A DNA stretch of 64,000 bases from an uncultured Geobacter sp. (lineage in GTDB: Bacteria > Desulfobacterota > Desulfuromonadia > Geobacterales > CAIOGM01): positions 4,857-68,856 of the forward strand of contig CAIOGM010000128.1 of the NCBI GenBank assembly GCA_903857795.1, given 5' to 3'. Shown piece after piece: positions 62,677-64,000 of the stretch (positions are counted from its first letter, which is position 1; every line of letters starts with the position of its first letter). A model generated the notes under the pieces. The model had not been told where the DNA came from. It saw only the letters and a program-made list of their open reading frames with translations, and searched no databases. The position numbers and the translations under genes are program-made.

Positions 62677-62906
62677 TGCAGCGCCTCCCAGCTCTTCACG
62701 CCAACCGGTCCTGGGGGCTCGTCGTACGTCAGGACACTGTTACGCAGCCCGCGAAAACACTCCTCCGGATCAGCCACATAGGGGACAACCTTGAGTATCG
62801 GGCAGCCATGGTCGGTACTCACCAAATCCTCACCGGTCTGCTCGATCCTGCGGAAATACTCCAGCGAATGGGGTTTGAACTGGGATTTTGATACGGCGTA
62901 CGACAT
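62673..62906 (-). CDS. Phd/YefM-type antitoxin
   Basis: The start is taken at MSYAVSKSQFKPHSLEYFRRIEQTGEDLVSTDHGCPILKVVPY (Met52 of the track ORF). 77 aa, which is the usual size. Confidence 0.6.
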   Translation of the reverse strand: MSYAVSKSQFKPHSLEYFRRIEQTGEDLVSTDHGCPILKVVPYVADPEECFRGLRNSVLTYDEPPGPVGVKSWEALQ

Positions 62907-62938
62907 GGTCGACCTCCTTCCTGGTGTACAACCTCCGG

Positions 62939-63823
62939 TTACGTCCGCTCGAGAAACGCCGAGATCAGCGGAATGACCTCCTCCTTCGCGTCTTCGAGAA
63001 TATAGTGCCCGCACTCCGGGAAGCTGTGAATCTCGGCATCGGGAAAGCGTTGCCGCCACTCTGCAAGAAAGTGCCGGTCGAAGACGAAGTCCAGCTCCCC
63101 CCAGCAGATCAGCATGGGGAGGTTGCGGAACCGGCCGATGCCGTCGCCCACCGCAGTGACCAGCTCATAGCCGCGGTCCCCCGGCCTCAACGGGATATCC
63201 TGTACGAAGCGCAAGGTGGCGATCCGGTTGCGCCATGAATCGTAGGGGAGCTGGTAGAGGGCGCGGAGCTCCCCGTTCATGGGGTTGCGCTTGCACCCCA
63301 CAAACGAGGCGGCTACGCTGAAGGCGTTGAGGCCACGCACCAGCAGCGTTCCGACAAAACTCTCCCGGCAGATGCGCAACCCCAGGGGGAACGGCTTGGC
63401 CCTGGGGAGGTGGAACGCGCCGGTGTTGAGAATCACCAGCCGCCTGATCTGCTGGGGGTGGCGCACGGCATAGGCCATGCCGATCATCCCCCCCCAGTCG
63501 TGCAGCACCAGGGTTATCTTCTCCCGAATCTCCAGCTGTTCCAGCAGCCGTTCCAGGTCGTCCACCCGCCGGGAGAGGGTGTAGTCGTACCGGTCATCCC
63601 CCGGCTTGTCCGAGAGGCCGCAGCCGATATGGTCGGGGACGATGCAGCGATAACGCTCCCGCAGGGAGAGGACGAGGTTGCGGTAGTAGAAGGACCAGGA
63701 GGGGTTGCCGTGGAGCATCACCACCGGCTGGCCGCTCCCCTCGTCCAGGTAGTGATAGCGGAGGCCGTCCAGATCCAGGATCTTGCCGGTAAAGGGGTAG
63801 TGCCGCTTCAGGTCAGATGACAT
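62939..63823 (-). CDS. alpha/beta hydrolase, haloalkane-dehalogenase-like (OleB-like)
   Basis: Motifs: VVMLHGNPSWSFYYRNL, PDHIGCGLSDKP, and the nucleophile elbow LVLHDWGG. It starts directly after the upstream stop (TAGATG). Confidence 0.65.
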   Translation of the reverse strand: MSSDLKRHYPFTGKILDLDGLRYHYLDEGSGQPVVMLHGNPSWSFYYRNLVLSLRERYRCIVPDHIGCGLSDKPGDDRYDYTLSRRVDDLERLLEQLEIREKITLVLHDWGGMIGMAYAVRHPQQIRRLVILNTGAFHLPRAKPFPLGLRICRESFVGTLLVRGLNAFSVAASFVGCKRNPMNGELRALYQLPYDSWRNRIATLRFVQDIPLRPGDRGYELVTAVGDGIGRFRNLPMLICWGELDFVFDRHFLAEWRQRFPDAEIHSFPECGHYILEDAKEEVIPLISAFLERT

Positions 63824-64000
63824 CTACCACTCCACCCCGAGCATCATGCAGTTGAGCCCGCTGCCGATCCCCAGCAGGGCGACCCGGTCACCGGGAAGCA
63901 GGACCTCTCGCTCGTCCGCCAGGGCCATGGTAAGCGGGAGAGAGACGGTCCCCATGTTGCCGAGGAACTCGTAGGTGGAGAAGTCGTTCTCCAGCGGAAT
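63824..64000 (-). CDS. C-terminal 58 aa of a thiolase-fold condensing enzyme (FabH-like; OleA-like tail); 5' part beyond window end
   Basis: Manual translation gives IPLENDFSTYEFLGNMGTVSLPLTMALADEREVLLPGDRVALLGIGSGLNCMMLGVEW*. The GIGSGLNC...W ending resembles OleA-type rather than canonical FabH C-termini (from memory). Confidence 0.5.
   Translation of the reverse strand: MPLENDFSTYEFLGNMGTVSLPLTMALADEREVLLPGDRVALLGIGSGLNCMMLGVEW

Noticed and set aside
1-64000. Mobile-element genes (transposase, integrase, phage) and rRNA or CRISPR features anywhere in the window
   Set aside because: None of the six-frame ORFs shows DDE/tyrosine-recombinase/serine-recombinase motifs or phage structural signatures. 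No rRNA-like or repeat-spacer structure was seen.

Overview
This is a 64-kb high-GC chromosomal segment. Its gene content (XrtA/PEP-CTERM locus, Gsp-type T2SS, DUF2341-ExbB fusion, CbiM-PDGLE) looks Desulfuromonadota/Geobacter-like, but the taxon is inference only. I call about 55 protein genes, 1 intact tRNA and 1 tRNA fragment. Almost everything up to 55.1 kb is on the minus strand, with many 4-nt ATGA/GTGA stop-start overlaps. Layout: (1) 1-13.9 kb is an exosortase (XrtA-EpsI) / PEP-CTERM exopolysaccharide locus. It holds a chain-length determinant, an OM barrel, a Wza-like exporter, a PrsT-like TPR lipoprotein, a WecA-like GT4, a GT26, a Cys-rich PstS-like secreted protein, one PEP-CTERM substrate, an unannotated 44-aa sORF and an O-antigen-ligase-like protein. 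(2) 14.6-32.2 kb is one co-directional cluster. It joins a two-partner secretion pair (TpsB plus a 3377-aa TpsA) and an FKBP-like lipoprotein to a lectin-domain-ExbB fusion, ExbD, a TonB-like protein and a non-plug OM barrel. This is the most unusual feature and my candidate for an undescribed system. (3) An orphan 3' fragment of tRNA-Gly(CCC) sits at 32.56 kb, at the junction with core genes. (4) glmS, a truncated four-helix-bundle (23S IVS-protein family) gene bracketed by inverted heptanucleotide arrays, and glmU. (5) A complete T2SS operon gspC-D-E-F-G-H-I-J-K-L-M-N (47.7 to 36.4 kb, minus strand). (6) A DUF2155-like lipoprotein, tRNA-Ser(GCU), an M16 peptidase pair, and DUF4403-MlaD-MlaF with no MlaE permease. 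(7) On the plus strand: an HPP protein, a CHC-motif secreted protein, an alginate-export-type porin, CbiM(PDGLE)-CbiQ-CbiO and an alpha-amylase-family enzyme. (8) A toxin-antitoxin scar and an OleB/OleA-like pair that runs off the window. A family of tandem heptanucleotide arrays (core C[CT][AG]G) recurs at five gene junctions, once inside the gspH leader-coding region. I found no CRISPR array, rRNA, transposase or integrase. All family calls come from reading motifs in the supplied translations, since no database search was possible.
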